Part shown: positions 1-9,837 of the stretch, piece after piece
Numbering within the stretch: position 1 is the stretch's first letter
Layout: the number at the start of each line of letters is the position of its first letter
NCBI GenBank assembly: GCA_023150835.1
Contig: JAKLKB010000012.1
Coordinates: forward strand, 60,858 to 80,857
DNA length: 20,000 nt
Direction: 5' to 3'
DNA from: Myxococcota bacterium
Lineage (GTDB): Bacteria; Myxococcota_C; UBA6777
The notes under the pieces: generated by a model
Seen by the model: the letters and a program-made list of their open reading frames with translations, nothing else
Told to the model about the DNA's origin: nothing
Database searches by the model: none
Made by a program: the position numbers and the translations under genes

Positions 1-169
1 GAGCCATATAACCAACGGGACGGCTTTGTTGGATGTGAAGATCAGACACTTCCATCCAAAAAAGTTGGTAGCCGTAATTTTGAGCGGCTTGCATCAGCAA
101 GAGAGTAGTAGTGTCGTTTTCTTCGAGGTGTTCGAGATGATCAGTCACGAAAGCGATACGTTTGGTCAT
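1..169 (-). CDS. gshB: Glutathione synthetase-like protein, N-terminal part (runs off the window)
   Basis: Manual translation from ATG at 169: MTKRIAFVTDHLEHLEENDTTTLLLMQAAQNYGYQLFWMEVSDLHIQQSRPVGYMA. This resembles the GshB N-terminus (E. coli MIKLGIVMDPIANINIKKDSSFAMLLEAQRRGYELHYMEMGDL). GGAG lies upstream. Not in the ORF track. Confidence 0.7.
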   Translation of the reverse strand, partial: MTKRIAFVTDHLEHLEENDTTTLLLMQAAQNYGYQLFWMEVSDLHIQQSRPVGYMA

Positions 170-286
170 TGCGGCAACTCCGTCGCGAGGGGAAGCGGGT
201 ACAAGGGCATCTCTGTGGAGGGGTATGATGCCGATTTTCAACCTCTTGTCGAGGGGGAAACAACGATCCGCCACAAAAAGACCACA

Positions 287-3200
287 CTATCGAGCGGGTG
301 GCGGCCAAGGTAGCGGCCTTTGATGTGCAGGCAAGGGCGAACTTTCAGGCTTGGGGGCGTTGAGTTGTCGGCTCAACTCATCAGGTGTGTCTTTGGTGGA
401 AAGTACGACAGACTCGGATTGTCCGCTTTGTAGGTTGGTGGCCCGAAGCGTCAAGAGGCACTCGTTGCTGAGTTTAAATTGAAGCTCGACTTTGTGGACA
501 CCTTTGGGAGCGGGCTGTATGCCTGCAAGATGCAAGGTTCCAAGGTATTCGTTTTCTAGGGCGTTTTGGCTTTCGCCTTGGAATATCGGCAAATCGAGTA
601 CGGTCTGGTTGTCGCGGGTGGTTGCGGTGACGAAGTTCTTTTCAAACGGCAGCGGTGTGTTGGCAGCGATCACAGGAACAAAGCGCCCTCCGGGAAGGCC
701 GATGCCGATCGGCAACGCCAGAACATCGATCAAACGAACCGCGTTCTTTTTGCCGAAGGAGTGGGCCAACAGAGCCGTCCCGATCGCTACAGCCTCGTCA
801 GGATGGACGTTTCGGTGAGGCGGCTTGCCGAAATAAGCCGTCAGGCGCTCGTGAATCAAGGGCATCCTTGTCATCCCACCCACAAGAAGAACTTCATCGA
901 TATCTTCTTTCTTTAATTCACGCGCTTTCATCACGGCTTCACAGACGCGCAGAGTCTCTTCGACAAGGCCCTTGACAAGGGAGTTTAGAGCATCGCGTGT
1001 GATCTCTTGCTCAAGATGGATGGGCTTTCCGCCCCGCTGCAACAGGTACGGGATGTTGATCCGTGTGCGTTTCTCCATCGACAGATCACACTTGGCTTTT
1101 TCGCAAGCATCCCGAACCCGCTGCATCTGGATCGGATCATTGCGAAGATCGATCTGGGTCTCTCGATAGAAGTCGCGGATCACGTGATCGATCAAGATGT
1201 TGTCAAAGTCGACTCCGCCCAAAAAAGTATTTCCGCCCGTCGAGATCACTTCAAACACATCTTTATCGACTTCGAGCACAGAAGCATCGAAGGTTCCGCC
1301 GCCCAGATCGTACACCAACAGGCGCTGTTGGATCCCACGCCCGAAGCCGTACGCAAGCGCCGCTGCCGTCGGCTCGTTGACGATACGCTCGACTCGCAGA
1401 CCTGCCAACAAGCCCGCATCTCGGACGGCTTGGCGTTGTTGATCGTTGTAGTGTGCTGGGACACTAATCACCGCACGATGAACGGGCTGGTGCAGGTATT
1501 CTTGTGCGATATCCCGAATCTCCGCAAGAATCAGCGCAGATATCTGTTCGAGCGTAAAGGTCTTTTGATCGATGTATACCGCCGACCCGCCTTCGGACGT
1601 TTCGACGATGCTGTAGAGAAAACGATCTTTGATCAACTGTACAATCCGCGAGCGATACTTTCGCCCGATCAACCGCTTGGCTCCATAGACCGTGTTGCGC
1701 GGATTCAACATCATCTGATTTTTAGCGGGGTGGCCGATCAACAGCTCGTGTTCGTCACTAAAAGCCACGATCGATGGGATCGTATTGTATCCAAAGCGCG
1801 ACGGGATGACCTTGGGTCGGCCCTCTTCGACGATCGCACAACAACTGTTTGTAGTCCCTAGATCGATGCCGATAATCGGGCCTGTCAGGGGGATATCTTC
1901 GATCTTTCCTTGGAAAAACAGCAGTTCCTCGCGGTGCGAAGACAGCGACGCAAACTGCATCATCGTGGGATTCACCGCCTGCCCTTGGAGTGTCGGCATC
2001 GGCATCGTGCCGCTTGGAGTGTTGGTAGGAGACACGCTTGGGTTAGCGATGCTGATCGGTGCGGATGCAGCGGGAAAACCACTTCCACCGGTGGGAGGGG
2101 TCACGTCTTGAGCAGGCGACACTTTTGGATTTGCAGCGCGGGCAGCGAGCGGCCCCCCCAAAAGCGGCGTCGCTTCGGTCGGGGCATGGGGCGAGAGCGG
2201 ACTCCCAAAAAGCGGTGTTGTTTCGGTCGGTGCATGGGGCAAGAGCGCCCCCGAAAGCATCGGCGTCACTTCGGTCGGATGCGAAGAAACCGTGTGCCCC
2301 GTCAAAACAGGCGTGACCTGCGTTGGTGCATCCGAAGAAGGCAGACTCCCCGCCAACGCCCCCCCCAAGGGGGCCTGAAAGGACGGTGCCCCAAGTGTTG
2401 GCCGTTGCATCGCGCCTGTTCGCGAAAAGATGCTCGGTTGTGGAGGGCGTGGCGGCTGTGGCGAAGCTTGCGGCAGCGAAGACAACGGTTGCGAGGATTG
2501 CTGCGATTGCGGAGAGGACGACAGCAACGGCGATTGCGGCGACTGTTGCAAGGATTGTTGCGGCTGTGGTGAGGGCGACAGCAACGGCGGCTGTGGTGGT
2601 TGTGCAGATTGTGGTGGGGACGTTCGAGAGAGAGCGGGTGGTAGATGCGATGGCTGCGGAGAGTACGATGGTTGCGGAGATTGTGGCGGTGGAGTTCCTT
2701 CGCGTCCAAACGGCGGAGGCGACGAAGGAACAGGGCGTCCGAGTACTGGAGCTGGTTCCGAGGGGGGGTAGGTAGAACGAGAGATGGTCTCCGGTGGAAA
2801 GAAACTGCCTTGGATCACGGGTGGAAGATTCGCTTGCAAAGACACAGGAGCAGGCGTTGGGGGCATCGGGGAGGCGCTTGGCGGTGGAGCTGTACGAGGG
2901 AGGCGATTTCCGAGATCGGGATCACCGCTACCACCGAGTATCGGGGAGGCACTTGGCGGTGGAGCTGTACGCGGGGGCTGCGACCGGTGGGGAGGCGTGA
3001 ACGTAGGGATGATCGCAGAGGACTCCATCGGCAAAGGAAACTCATCGCCGATAGGTTGTTCTTCTCCTGCTGAGCGAAAAAGCGACGGATTGTGCGGGTA
3101 GGTTGCAGGAGGATTGGGGGGAGGCGTTGCAGAAAACACAGGTGCGCTGACGCTCGGTCGGTTGGGCATCTCGATCGGCGGTTGCGAAACAGACAACGGA

Positions 3201-3586
3201 GCGGGTTGATCGTCGGTCGATCCCGAGAACGTCCCTATCTCAGAAGGCGGAAGATCGGGGACGAGCTGCGATCGGGGAACCTTTCGACGCAAGATATTGC
3301 CCAAAAGGCGATGCGTGCGCGGCGTGAGTTCCAAAAATTGAAGCCCCATCCCTGCGGCTGCATGGGATTCTTGCGTGTATGTAGCCACAACGCGACCACG
3401 CCCTTGAAACAGTGTCTCGTCGTTTGAAAGATAAAACGTAAACTCAACCAAACTACCGGCAGGCTGGAGATTTCGGCTCGGTAGAAACATACCAAATGGG
3501 CTGACGTACGGCGCAAACTTACTCTGGAAGGTCTCGATATCGGCATACTTCAAGCGAACTTTGATGGAGATGTAATCCTCGTGCAC
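287..3586 (-). CDS. PilZ-like (TIGR02266-type) domain + Pro/Ser/Gln-rich linker + Hsp70/DnaK-family domain fusion, ~1099 aa
   Basis: Hsp70 motifs [52 protein letters not shown]. The N-terminus (VSPFGMFL...GRGRVV...GMGLQFLEL) resembles myxobacterial PilZ-like domains. Start reassigned to GTG at 3586, with TAAGGAG 7 nt upstream. Confidence 0.85.
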   Translation of the reverse strand: MHEDYISIKVRLKYADIETFQSKFAPYVSPFGMFLPSRNLQPAGSLVEFTFYLSNDETLFQGRGRVVATYTQESHAAAGMGLQFLELTPRTHRLLGNILRRKVPRSQLVPDLPPSEIGTFSGSTDDQPAPLSVSQPPIEMPNRPSVSAPVFSATPPPNPPATYPHNPSLFRSAGEEQPIGDEFPLPMESSAIIPTFTPPHRSQPPRTAPPPSASPILGGSGDPDLGNRLPRTAPPPSASPMPPTPAPVSLQANLPPVIQGSFFPPETISRSTYPPSEPAPVLGRPVPSSPPPFGREGTPPPQSPQPSYSPQPSHLPPALSRTSPPQSAQPPQPPLLSPSPQPQQSLQQSPQSPLLSSSPQSQQSSQPLSSLPQASPQPPRPPQPSIFSRTGAMQRPTLGAPSFQAPLGGALAGSLPSSDAPTQVTPVLTGHTVSSHPTEVTPMLSGALLPHAPTETTPLFGSPLSPHAPTEATPLLGGPLAARAANPKVSPAQDVTPPTGGSGFPAASAPISIANPSVSPTNTPSGTMPMPTLQGQAVNPTMMQFASLSSHREELLFFQGKIEDIPLTGPIIGIDLGTTNSCCAIVEEGRPKVIPSRFGYNTIPSIVAFSDEHELLIGHPAKNQMMLNPRNTVYGAKRLIGRKYRSRIVQLIKDRFLYSIVETSEGGSAVYIDQKTFTLEQISALILAEIRDIAQEYLHQPVHRAVISVPAHYNDQQRQAVRDAGLLAGLRVERIVNEPTAAALAYGFGRGIQQRLLVYDLGGGTFDASVLEVDKDVFEVISTGGNTFLGGVDFDNILIDHVIRDFYRETQIDLRNDPIQMQRVRDACEKAKCDLSMEKRTRINIPYLLQRGGKPIHLEQEITRDALNSLVKGLVEETLRVCEAVMKARELKKEDIDEVLLVGGMTRMPLIHERLTAYFGKPPHRNVHPDEAVAIGTALLAHSFGKKNAVRLIDVLALPIGIGLPGGRFVPVIAANTPLPFEKNFVTATTRDNQTVLDLPIFQGESQNALENEYLGTLHLAGIQPAPKGVHKVELQFKLSNECLLTLRATNLQSGQSESVVLSTKDTPDELSRQLNAPKPESSPLPAHQRPLPWPPPAR
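2865..2971. repeat. 32-bp intragenic direct repeat (2865-2896 and 2940-2971) encoding [10 protein letters not shown] twice
   Basis: atcggggaggcRcttggcggtggagctgtacg occurs twice, 75 bp apart, with one mismatch. Confidence 0.9.
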
Positions 3587-3775
3587 GCCTGCACTCCTTA
3601 TCAGAAAGGGAGTCGTACGATGCGGGGGACGGAAAAGATGCACAAAAACAAAGCAGTGTATAGCGATGTTTGGGCGCAAAACGGATCGCGTACCCAGAAC
3701 CCGCGACGTTAACACAAAGCACATCGACTCGCAATCTTCGGCCCAAAACAGCCCCCCTCTCGCTCGTGTTGAATT

Positions 3776-6472
3776 CTAGCCTTGAAGCATCTGCGCAAGC
3801 TGCTGTGGAGCTTGCTCGATAACTTCATCTAGCCGCGCCACATCGGGGCCTCCGCCTTGCGCCATATCAGGCCGCCCGCCTCCTTTGCCACCAAGCAATG
3901 ACGCCAACGGCCCCACGATCTTCCCCGCCTGAAGGCGCGTTTGAAGATCTTTCGAGACCATCACACACAACGCAGCTTTGTCTTTTTGTGCGCCACCAAG
4001 GATCACCACACCACTCTTGAGGCGAGCGAGAAACTGATCTGCAAGATCGCGGATCGCTTTGGGATCATCCAGTTCGGTGCGCAAAGACAGCACCTTGATC
4101 CCTGCGATATCTTGGGCTTGGCTCAACGGATCGCTTTGGTTTTGCCCTGCTTGCGCTGCTTTCACCTTCAAACGATCGACTTCTTTTTGGAGGCTCTTGA
4201 GCTGTTGTTGCATCTTCTCGATGCGTTCGGGGACTTCCTCCACGCGACAACGCAACATCCCTGACAACATCTGCAACTGCTCGAACCAATCGCGGCTTTG
4301 CTGATCCGCTGCGGTTCCTGTGATCGCCTCGATCCGCCGAACCCCTGCTTGGATCCCTTGTTCCGAGATCACACGCAATTGACCGATATCTCCGCTGCGT
4401 TGCACATGCGTCCCACCACAAAGCTCCAACGTCGGGCCGATCCGCACCATCCGCACTGCATCGCCGTACTTTTCGCCAAACAGCGCCATCGCACCCGCTT
4501 TTTTCGCCTCTTCAAAACCAACCACCTCGGTTTTTGTTGGGGCGTTCTCTCTGATCAACAAGTTCACATCCTGCTCGATCTGTCGGATCTCTTCGGGTGT
4601 GATCGCTTCGTAGTGGGCGAAGTCAAAACGCAGCCGATCCGAAGACACCAACGAACCCGCCTGACGGACGTGTTCACCAAGATGCTTGCGCAACGACCAA
4701 TGCAACAAGTGCGTTGCGCTGTGGTTGCGGCGGATCTCGCTGCGTCGGCCATGATCCACTTCAAGCGTCGCGTTCTGGCCCAACTCAACAACCCCCTCGA
4801 CCACTTCACCTGTGTGAGCAAACAGATCTGGCAACGGCTTTTGGGTATCCGTGATCCGAATCGCCCCGCTCTCCGTCAGGATCATCCCTTGGTCCCCGAC
4901 CTGACCGCCCGACTCACCATAAAAGGGCGTCTGCTCAACAAACACCGTCAGCGTTTGACCTTGCGTCGCTTTTGCCACGCGCTCTCCTTGGACCACCAAA
5001 GCGCGGATCGTGGATGGTGCAGCCTCAGCTTCATATCCCAAAAAGACCGTAGGTCCGACTTCTTTGAGCACTTCTTGGTAGATCTCTTGGTGATGCGTGT
5101 CTGCGCCTTTCCACGAAGCCTGACCGCTTTCTTGTTGCTCTTTCATACAACGCTCAAAGCCCTGTTCATCCGAAGTAAAGCCATGCTCTGCGCCGATCAC
5201 ACGCGTCAGATCGGGAGGGAAGCCATGCGTATCATAAAGGCGGAACAAGACTTCGCCCGGGATCTCGGTTGCGCCTTGCTTTTGGAGCTGTGCCATCTCT
5301 TCTTCGAGCAGCTTCAATCCGCGATCAAGCGTGTTGCGGAATCGCTCTTCTTCACGCTGCACCGCTTCCACGATCGTCCGCTTTTGTTGCTGTAGTTGTG
5401 GGTAGATATCTTCCATCTGCCGCACCACTTCTTCACACACGCGATGGAAAAACGCTTCTTTATAGCCCAAGCGATCCCCGTGTCGGATCGCTCGCCGCAT
5501 GATCCGACGCAACACATACCCACGACCTTCGTTGCTTGGCAACACGCCGTCCGCGATCAAAAACGCCGTCGAACGGGCATGATCCGCCACAACACGCATC
5601 GACACATCATCCGCATCATCTTGGCGGTATTCTTTGCTTACACCGCTCGCGATCTTGTCGATCAACGGCATAAACGCATCTGTTTCATAGTTGCTCGGCA
5701 AGCCCATCAACGCCATCGCGATCCGTTCCAAGCCCATCCCCGTATCGATCGCTGGCTTCGGTAAAGGCTTGTATTCTCCGTTCTCTTGGCGATTGAACTG
5801 CATAAACACAAGGTTCCACACCTCGACGTATCGGCCTGTATCATCCGCAGGGGTACTCTGCGTCACCCCATGCGGATCGTACTGCGGTCCCCGATCAAAG
5901 TGGATCTCCGAACAAGGCCCACATGGTCCTGTGTCGCCCATCGCCCAAAAGTTTTCCTTGCTTCCAAGGCGTTGCACACGTTCCGCAGGAACCCCCATCT
6001 CTTGCGTCCAGATCGCAAACGCCTCTTCATCCGAAGGGATGCCCTCTTCCCCCGCAAACACCGTCACCCACAAACGCTCTTTGTCGATCCCAAGCTCCGA
6101 TGTCAAAAACTCCCAAGCATAGCGGATCGCTTCGCGCTTGAAATACGCACCAAAAGAAAAGTTCCCCAACATCTCAAACAGCGTATGATGCCGAGGGGTA
6201 AAACCCACATTCTCCAGATCGTTGTGCTTTCCACCCGCACGCACACAACGCTGGCATGACACCGCCATCTCATAAGGCGCTGGCCGCACTCCCGCAAAAA
6301 AGTCCTTGAATTGGACCATTCCGGCATTCGTGAACAACAACGTTGGATCGTCCGCTGGCACCAACGAAGACGACGCAACCAACGCATGACCTCGCTCTTG
6401 AAAATAAGAAAGAAAACGCTCTCGGATCTCTTTGGCACTTCGAGGGGACGGCTTGGTGGATGATCTCGACAC
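3776..6472 (-). CDS. alaS: Alanine--tRNA ligase
   Basis: Motifs DPTLLFTNAGMVQFK, HHTLFEMLGNFSFG, GPCGPCSEI, IDTGMGLER, editing-domain HSATHLLH and ELCGGTHV, and C-terminal GGKGGGRPDMAQGGG. AAAGGA lies upstream of the GTG. Confidence 0.99.
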   Translation of the reverse strand: MSRSSTKPSPRSAKEIRERFLSYFQERGHALVASSSLVPADDPTLLFTNAGMVQFKDFFAGVRPAPYEMAVSCQRCVRAGGKHNDLENVGFTPRHHTLFEMLGNFSFGAYFKREAIRYAWEFLTSELGIDKERLWVTVFAGEEGIPSDEEAFAIWTQEMGVPAERVQRLGSKENFWAMGDTGPCGPCSEIHFDRGPQYDPHGVTQSTPADDTGRYVEVWNLVFMQFNRQENGEYKPLPKPAIDTGMGLERIAMALMGLPSNYETDAFMPLIDKIASGVSKEYRQDDADDVSMRVVADHARSTAFLIADGVLPSNEGRGYVLRRIMRRAIRHGDRLGYKEAFFHRVCEEVVRQMEDIYPQLQQQKRTIVEAVQREEERFRNTLDRGLKLLEEEMAQLQKQGATEIPGEVLFRLYDTHGFPPDLTRVIGAEHGFTSDEQGFERCMKEQQESGQASWKGADTHHQEIYQEVLKEVGPTVFLGYEAEAAPSTIRALVVQGERVAKATQGQTLTVFVEQTPFYGESGGQVGDQGMILTESGAIRITDTQKPLPDLFAHTGEVVEGVVELGQNATLEVDHGRRSEIRRNHSATHLLHWSLRKHLGEHVRQAGSLVSSDRLRFDFAHYEAITPEEIRQIEQDVNLLIRENAPTKTEVVGFEEAKKAGAMALFGEKYGDAVRMVRIGPTLELCGGTHVQRSGDIGQLRVISEQGIQAGVRRIEAITGTAADQQSRDWFEQLQMLSGMLRCRVEEVPERIEKMQQQLKSLQKEVDRLKVKAAQAGQNQSDPLSQAQDIAGIKVLSLRTELDDPKAIRDLADQFLARLKSGVVILGGAQKDKAALCVMVSKDLQTRLQAGKIVGPLASLLGGKGGGRPDMAQGGGPDVARLDEVIEQAPQQLAQMLQG

Positions 6473-6545
6473 GGGCTAACATCCTTTCTTTGGCTTGACG
6501 CGAAGAGGTTTCTAGGTGAGAACCCTCCTGAAAACTTGGCGCGAA

Positions 6546-6574
6546 ACTATAATCCCAAGCGGTCGCGCTTGCAA
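6546..6574 (-). promoter_or_regulatory. Putative sigma70 promoter for alaS
   Basis: Minus strand reads TTGCAA-N17-TATAGT (-35 at 6574-6569, -10 at 6551-6546), about 75 bp upstream of the alaS start. Confidence 0.55.
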
Positions 6575-6618
6575 CCGCTTCGTTTCCTTGTAAGACTTTC
6601 GCCCTTCGATCCGTTTTC

Positions 6619-6747
6619 TGGGGCGCTGCCCCATACCCCGCAAGGGAGCAGAGCCCCCTTGACCCCGTATCGGCGGGGAGAACAGACGCTTTTCACACAA
6701 ACGACGGCTCCGCTTGAAGCCTCGCGAACACGAGGTTTTTTGCCAAC
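6619..6747 (+). repeat. Dispersed ~130-bp double-hairpin element, copy 1 (MITE/REP-like or structured RNA)
   Basis: tggggcgctgccccataccccgcaagggagcagagcccccttgaccccgt...ccgcttgaagcctcgcgaacacgaggttttttgccaac aligns by eye with 13023-13150 (reverse complement) and 18322-18437. Confidence 0.8.
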
Positions 6748-6768
6748 TGCGTCGCTCCTACTTCTCGG

Positions 6769-7974
6769 ATGATCTCGATGGACACAAAAGAAAAACACTG
6801 GATGGTTTCAACCGAACAACACGGCACACGCCTTGATGTCTTTTTGGCACAATGCGATCCGATGCTCTCTCGCAACGAAGCCCGCCGCCAGATCGACGCT
6901 GGCTCGATCTGGATCAATGGCCGCCGCAGCCGAAAGATGTCTCGCTACATGAAAAAAGGTGAGCGCGTCACCTTGCGCCCTGAACCTTCCGCAGCTTCCA
7001 AACAACCCACAGCCTCCCAACTTTCCGCAGCTTCCAAACAACCCACAGCCTCCCAACTTTCCGCAGCTTCCAAACAACCCACAGCCTCCCAACTTTCCGC
7101 AGCTTCCAAACAAATCGCGGCTTCCGCTCCACCAAAACAACCCGCTCCCATCGATCCCTCGGAGGATTCGGAAATCGCGCACCGTTTTTTGGAGCAAGCA
7201 GACACACACAGCAGCGCTTTTCCTTTGGTTGCGCCTTCGACTTCACGCAGCAAGACGCCATACGATGCGTCTGTGTTTGGTGAGGCTCCTGCTTTTTTGT
7301 ATGTAGACCGCCACATGGCGATCCTCAACAAGCCCTCAGGAACGCCCGTTGAACCCACGCCCAACGAAGATCTCCACACCTGTTTGCGCCAAGTCGAAGC
7401 GTGGCAACGCGCACGCGGTGTCCATCCCAAAAAACAATACGCCACCGCAGCACATCGCCTTGATGCCGGAGCATCGGGCGCTGTGGCCTTTGCCCTCAGC
7501 AAGACCGCAGCCCGCGTTCTTTCCGCACAATTTGCCCAACACACCGCACGCCGCATCTATTGGGCCGTCGTGGTCGGCTGCCCTGATCCCGAAAGCGGCA
7601 CCTTGCGCGATCACATGGATCACACCGGCCCCGGACTCAAACGCAGCGTAGTCCCTCCCAACCAAGGAAAACTCGCCGTCACCGATTACCGTGTCCTCGA
7701 ACGCCTCGGACCCGCCTCGCTGATCGAGATCCGCCTACAAACGGGCCGCACCCACCAGATCCGCGTACACTTCGCACACATCGGACACCCGCTTGTCGGC
7801 GATTGGATGTACTGCCCTCCCGAAAAAGCGCTGCTTTGCCCTCCCTCCAAACGCCTCTTGCTGCACGCCCGCGAACTCACGCTCACCCACCCCAACGGAA
7901 CCGATATCGCCGTCGTAGCTCCCCTCGATGACGATTTCACCGCTTATCTTGACGCTCTTCGCGCTCGAATGTAG
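6769..7974 (+). CDS. RluA/RluD-family RNA pseudouridine synthase with N-terminal S4 domain
   Basis: S4-like RLDVFLA...SRNEARRQIDAGSIWING, plus NKPSG, catalytic HRLD, TGRTHQIRVH, GHPLVGD and LLLHA. The start may be ATG at 6778. Confidence 0.93.
   Translation: MISMDTKEKHWMVSTEQHGTRLDVFLAQCDPMLSRNEARRQIDAGSIWINGRRSRKMSRYMKKGERVTLRPEPSAASKQPTASQLSAASKQPTASQLSAASKQPTASQLSAASKQIAASAPPKQPAPIDPSEDSEIAHRFLEQADTHSSAFPLVAPSTSRSKTPYDASVFGEAPAFLYVDRHMAILNKPSGTPVEPTPNEDLHTCLRQVEAWQRARGVHPKKQYATAAHRLDAGASGAVAFALSKTAARVLSAQFAQHTARRIYWAVVVGCPDPESGTLRDHMDHTGPGLKRSVVPPNQGKLAVTDYRVLERLGPASLIEIRLQTGRTHQIRVHFAHIGHPLVGDWMYCPPEKALLCPPSKRLLLHARELTLTHPNGTDIAVVAPLDDDFTAYLDALRARM
6987..7113 (+). repeat. Perfect 36-bp tandem repeat, 3.5 copies, in frame (SAASKQPTASQL)
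   Basis: ttccgcagcttccaaacaacccacagcctcccaact at 6987, 7023 and 7059, plus a 19-bp partial copy at 7095. Confidence 0.97.
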
Positions 7975-8129
7975 GGTTCGGTGGATGCGATAAGCGATGC
8001 ACAGACAACACAGTGGAGCAAACAGACTCCGCATCAAGCCGCTGTTTCGCTTGATCTGCGCCCTGTCGTGTTGCCTTTGCCCATCAATAACTTCCCTCCA
8101 TACCTCGAAGATCTTTGCCAATCGAAACC

Positions 8130-8146
8130 AAGGCATCACACTTGCT
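8130..8146 (+). promoter_or_regulatory. Putative sigma54 (-24/-12) promoter upstream of the TolC-family gene
   Basis: AAGGCATCACACTTGCT has GG(8132-33)-N10-GC(8144-45), close to the consensus TGGCAC-N5-TTGC, about 40 bp before ATG 8187. Confidence 0.5.
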
Positions 8147-8186
8147 TTTTGTTCAACGCGCCTCAACATGCCGATGGAAGGACGCC

Positions 8187-9806
8187 ATGCCAAGTACACG
8201 ACCTCACGCACACTTAACCACACGCCACCTTGCCCGAACCGACGGGCGGATGCGTTCTTTGTCCTTGTTTCTCTCGGTCCTGCTGTTCGGCTCCTTCTCT
8301 AGCCATCGCCTCCACGCCCAACAAACCTCAGAGACCAAGACCACCGTCAAAACCAAACGTTGGCGCGCCTCGATCCTCCGAAAACGCTCTCCTACACCCC
8401 AACGCCCCTCCCCTTCCAAACGCCGATTGCGCTGGCTTCCGACGATGGGCTGTAGCCCCACATGGCCTTGTCAAACCACCAAGCCCCAGCCCACCAAGTA
8501 CACCCTCGAACAATTGTTGCTCTTGGCCTACCGCAGCAACCCGATGATCGCAGGTGCGCAGGCCCGCCTTGAAGCCATGAAGGCCCAAAAAGACGAGGCC
8601 CTCTGGGCTGGATGGTGGCCTCAAATGCAGGTGATCGGCCTGATCGCGCCAACACCTCCCGCACGCGGAAACGCCGTCAATAGCGATACGCCCATCCCCC
8701 AATCTTACGGATGGTTCGATCAATACGGCGTGATGACACGCTTTGAGCTGTCGATGATCTGGCCGGTGTATACCTTCGGAAAGATATCTCTCTACCAAAA
8801 AGCCGCTGATTCGGGCGTTCGCATCGGTCAAGCCAACGTCGAAGTCGAACGCGATAAACTGGCGCTCTTGCTCAAAAAGGCTTACTACGGCCTACTTGCC
8901 GCCAACGATGGCCTTACGCTGATCGACGATATGGAAGAGTACATCGAACAAGCCAAAAAGCGCGTCAAAGAAAAAACCGATCAACTCAAGATCCAAGTCT
9001 ATGCTGCCGAACTCAGCGCAGAACGCATCAAAGCCGAAACAGGGCGCGAACTCGCACGCTCCGCTCTTGCCCGACTAACGGGTATCTCCAACTCTGAAAC
9101 ACTCCAACTCCAAGCCGAAGAACTCCCCGAACCCGCCACCAAGCTGCTTTCCCTCAAAGAATACCAAGAACACTCCAAGCGCCACCGCCCCGAACTTCAA
9201 CTGCTCCAACACGCCCTCGACGCCAAGCGTTCCCTCCTCGAAGTCCAACGCCGCGCATGGACCCCCGATTTCTTCTTGATGGGCTTTTTTCGTGGAGCCT
9301 ACACCTCCAACGCCACCGACCAGTTCTCCCCCTTCGCCTACGACCCCTTCAACTTCCTCGACGGCGGCCTCTTGCTTGGCGTGCGCATCAACCTCGATTT
9401 CCCCGTACAGATCGCCCGCACACGCAAAGTCGAAGCCGAATTCAACGAGTTCCAAAGCCAAGAACGCCTCGCTCATCTCGGTATCTCCCTTCAAGTCGAA
9501 CAACACTACCGCGAATCCTTCGCCGCCCAAAGAACTGTCGCCATCCTCGACAAAAGCCGTAAAGCCGCCAACCAATGGCTCTCCAAAGTCATGATCTCCT
9601 ACACCTCCGGCCTTGTCGAAACACGCGAGATCACCGAAGCCCTCGGAGCTTTTGCCAAAAGCCGTTCGGGCTACATCCAAGCCTTACTCCAATATCACAA
9701 CGCTGCTTCCGAGCTTTCCCGCTCTGTCGGCGTCGATATCAACCGACTCAAATCCACCACATCTTCCGCACCCGCCACACGCGGAGGATCGATCGCGGCC
9801 CCCTAG
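8187..9806 (+). CDS. TolC-family outer membrane efflux protein
   Basis: OEP-type repeats LEQLLLLAYRSNP, WPVYTFGK, LKKAYYGL, HRPELQ, WTPDF, and terminal YHNAASELSRSVG. Signal-like segment MRSLSLFLSVLLFG...HAQQ. Start is ATG 8187 (AAGGA upstream) or ATG 8250. Confidence 0.88.
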   Translation: MPSTRPHAHLTTRHLARTDGRMRSLSLFLSVLLFGSFSSHRLHAQQTSETKTTVKTKRWRASILRKRSPTPQRPSPSKRRLRWLPTMGCSPTWPCQTTKPQPTKYTLEQLLLLAYRSNPMIAGAQARLEAMKAQKDEALWAGWWPQMQVIGLIAPTPPARGNAVNSDTPIPQSYGWFDQYGVMTRFELSMIWPVYTFGKISLYQKAADSGVRIGQANVEVERDKLALLLKKAYYGLLAANDGLTLIDDMEEYIEQAKKRVKEKTDQLKIQVYAAELSAERIKAETGRELARSALARLTGISNSETLQLQAEELPEPATKLLSLKEYQEHSKRHRPELQLLQHALDAKRSLLEVQRRAWTPDFFLMGFFRGAYTSNATDQFSPFAYDPFNFLDGGLLLGVRINLDFPVQIARTRKVEAEFNEFQSQERLAHLGISLQVEQHYRESFAAQRTVAILDKSRKAANQWLSKVMISYTSGLVETREITEALGAFAKSRSGYIQALLQYHNAASELSRSVGVDINRLKSTTSSAPATRGGSIAAP

Positions 9807-9837
9807 CCGCCCAACCCTCATCTCTCGGAGTTGTGTC

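Noticed and set aside
2430-2771. Cys/Gly/Asp-rich 113-aa ORF resembling a metallothionein or RiPP precursor
   Set aside because: It is the antisense shadow of the P/Q/S linker codons of the Hsp70 fusion. No modifying enzymes are nearby.
3587-3724. N-terminal extension of the Hsp70 fusion given by the ORF track
   Set aside because: TAAGGAG supports GTG 3586, and the extension looks like intergenic sequence.
1007-5395. Long antisense ORFs (e.g. 1007-1861, 4298-5395) and similar ones opposite other genes
   Set aside because: These are stop-poor shadow frames typical of GC-rich genes such as hsp70 and alaS, with no recognisable motifs.
6987-7113. CRISPR-like 36-bp repeats
   Set aside because: The units are contiguous with no spacers and lie in frame within a coding gene.
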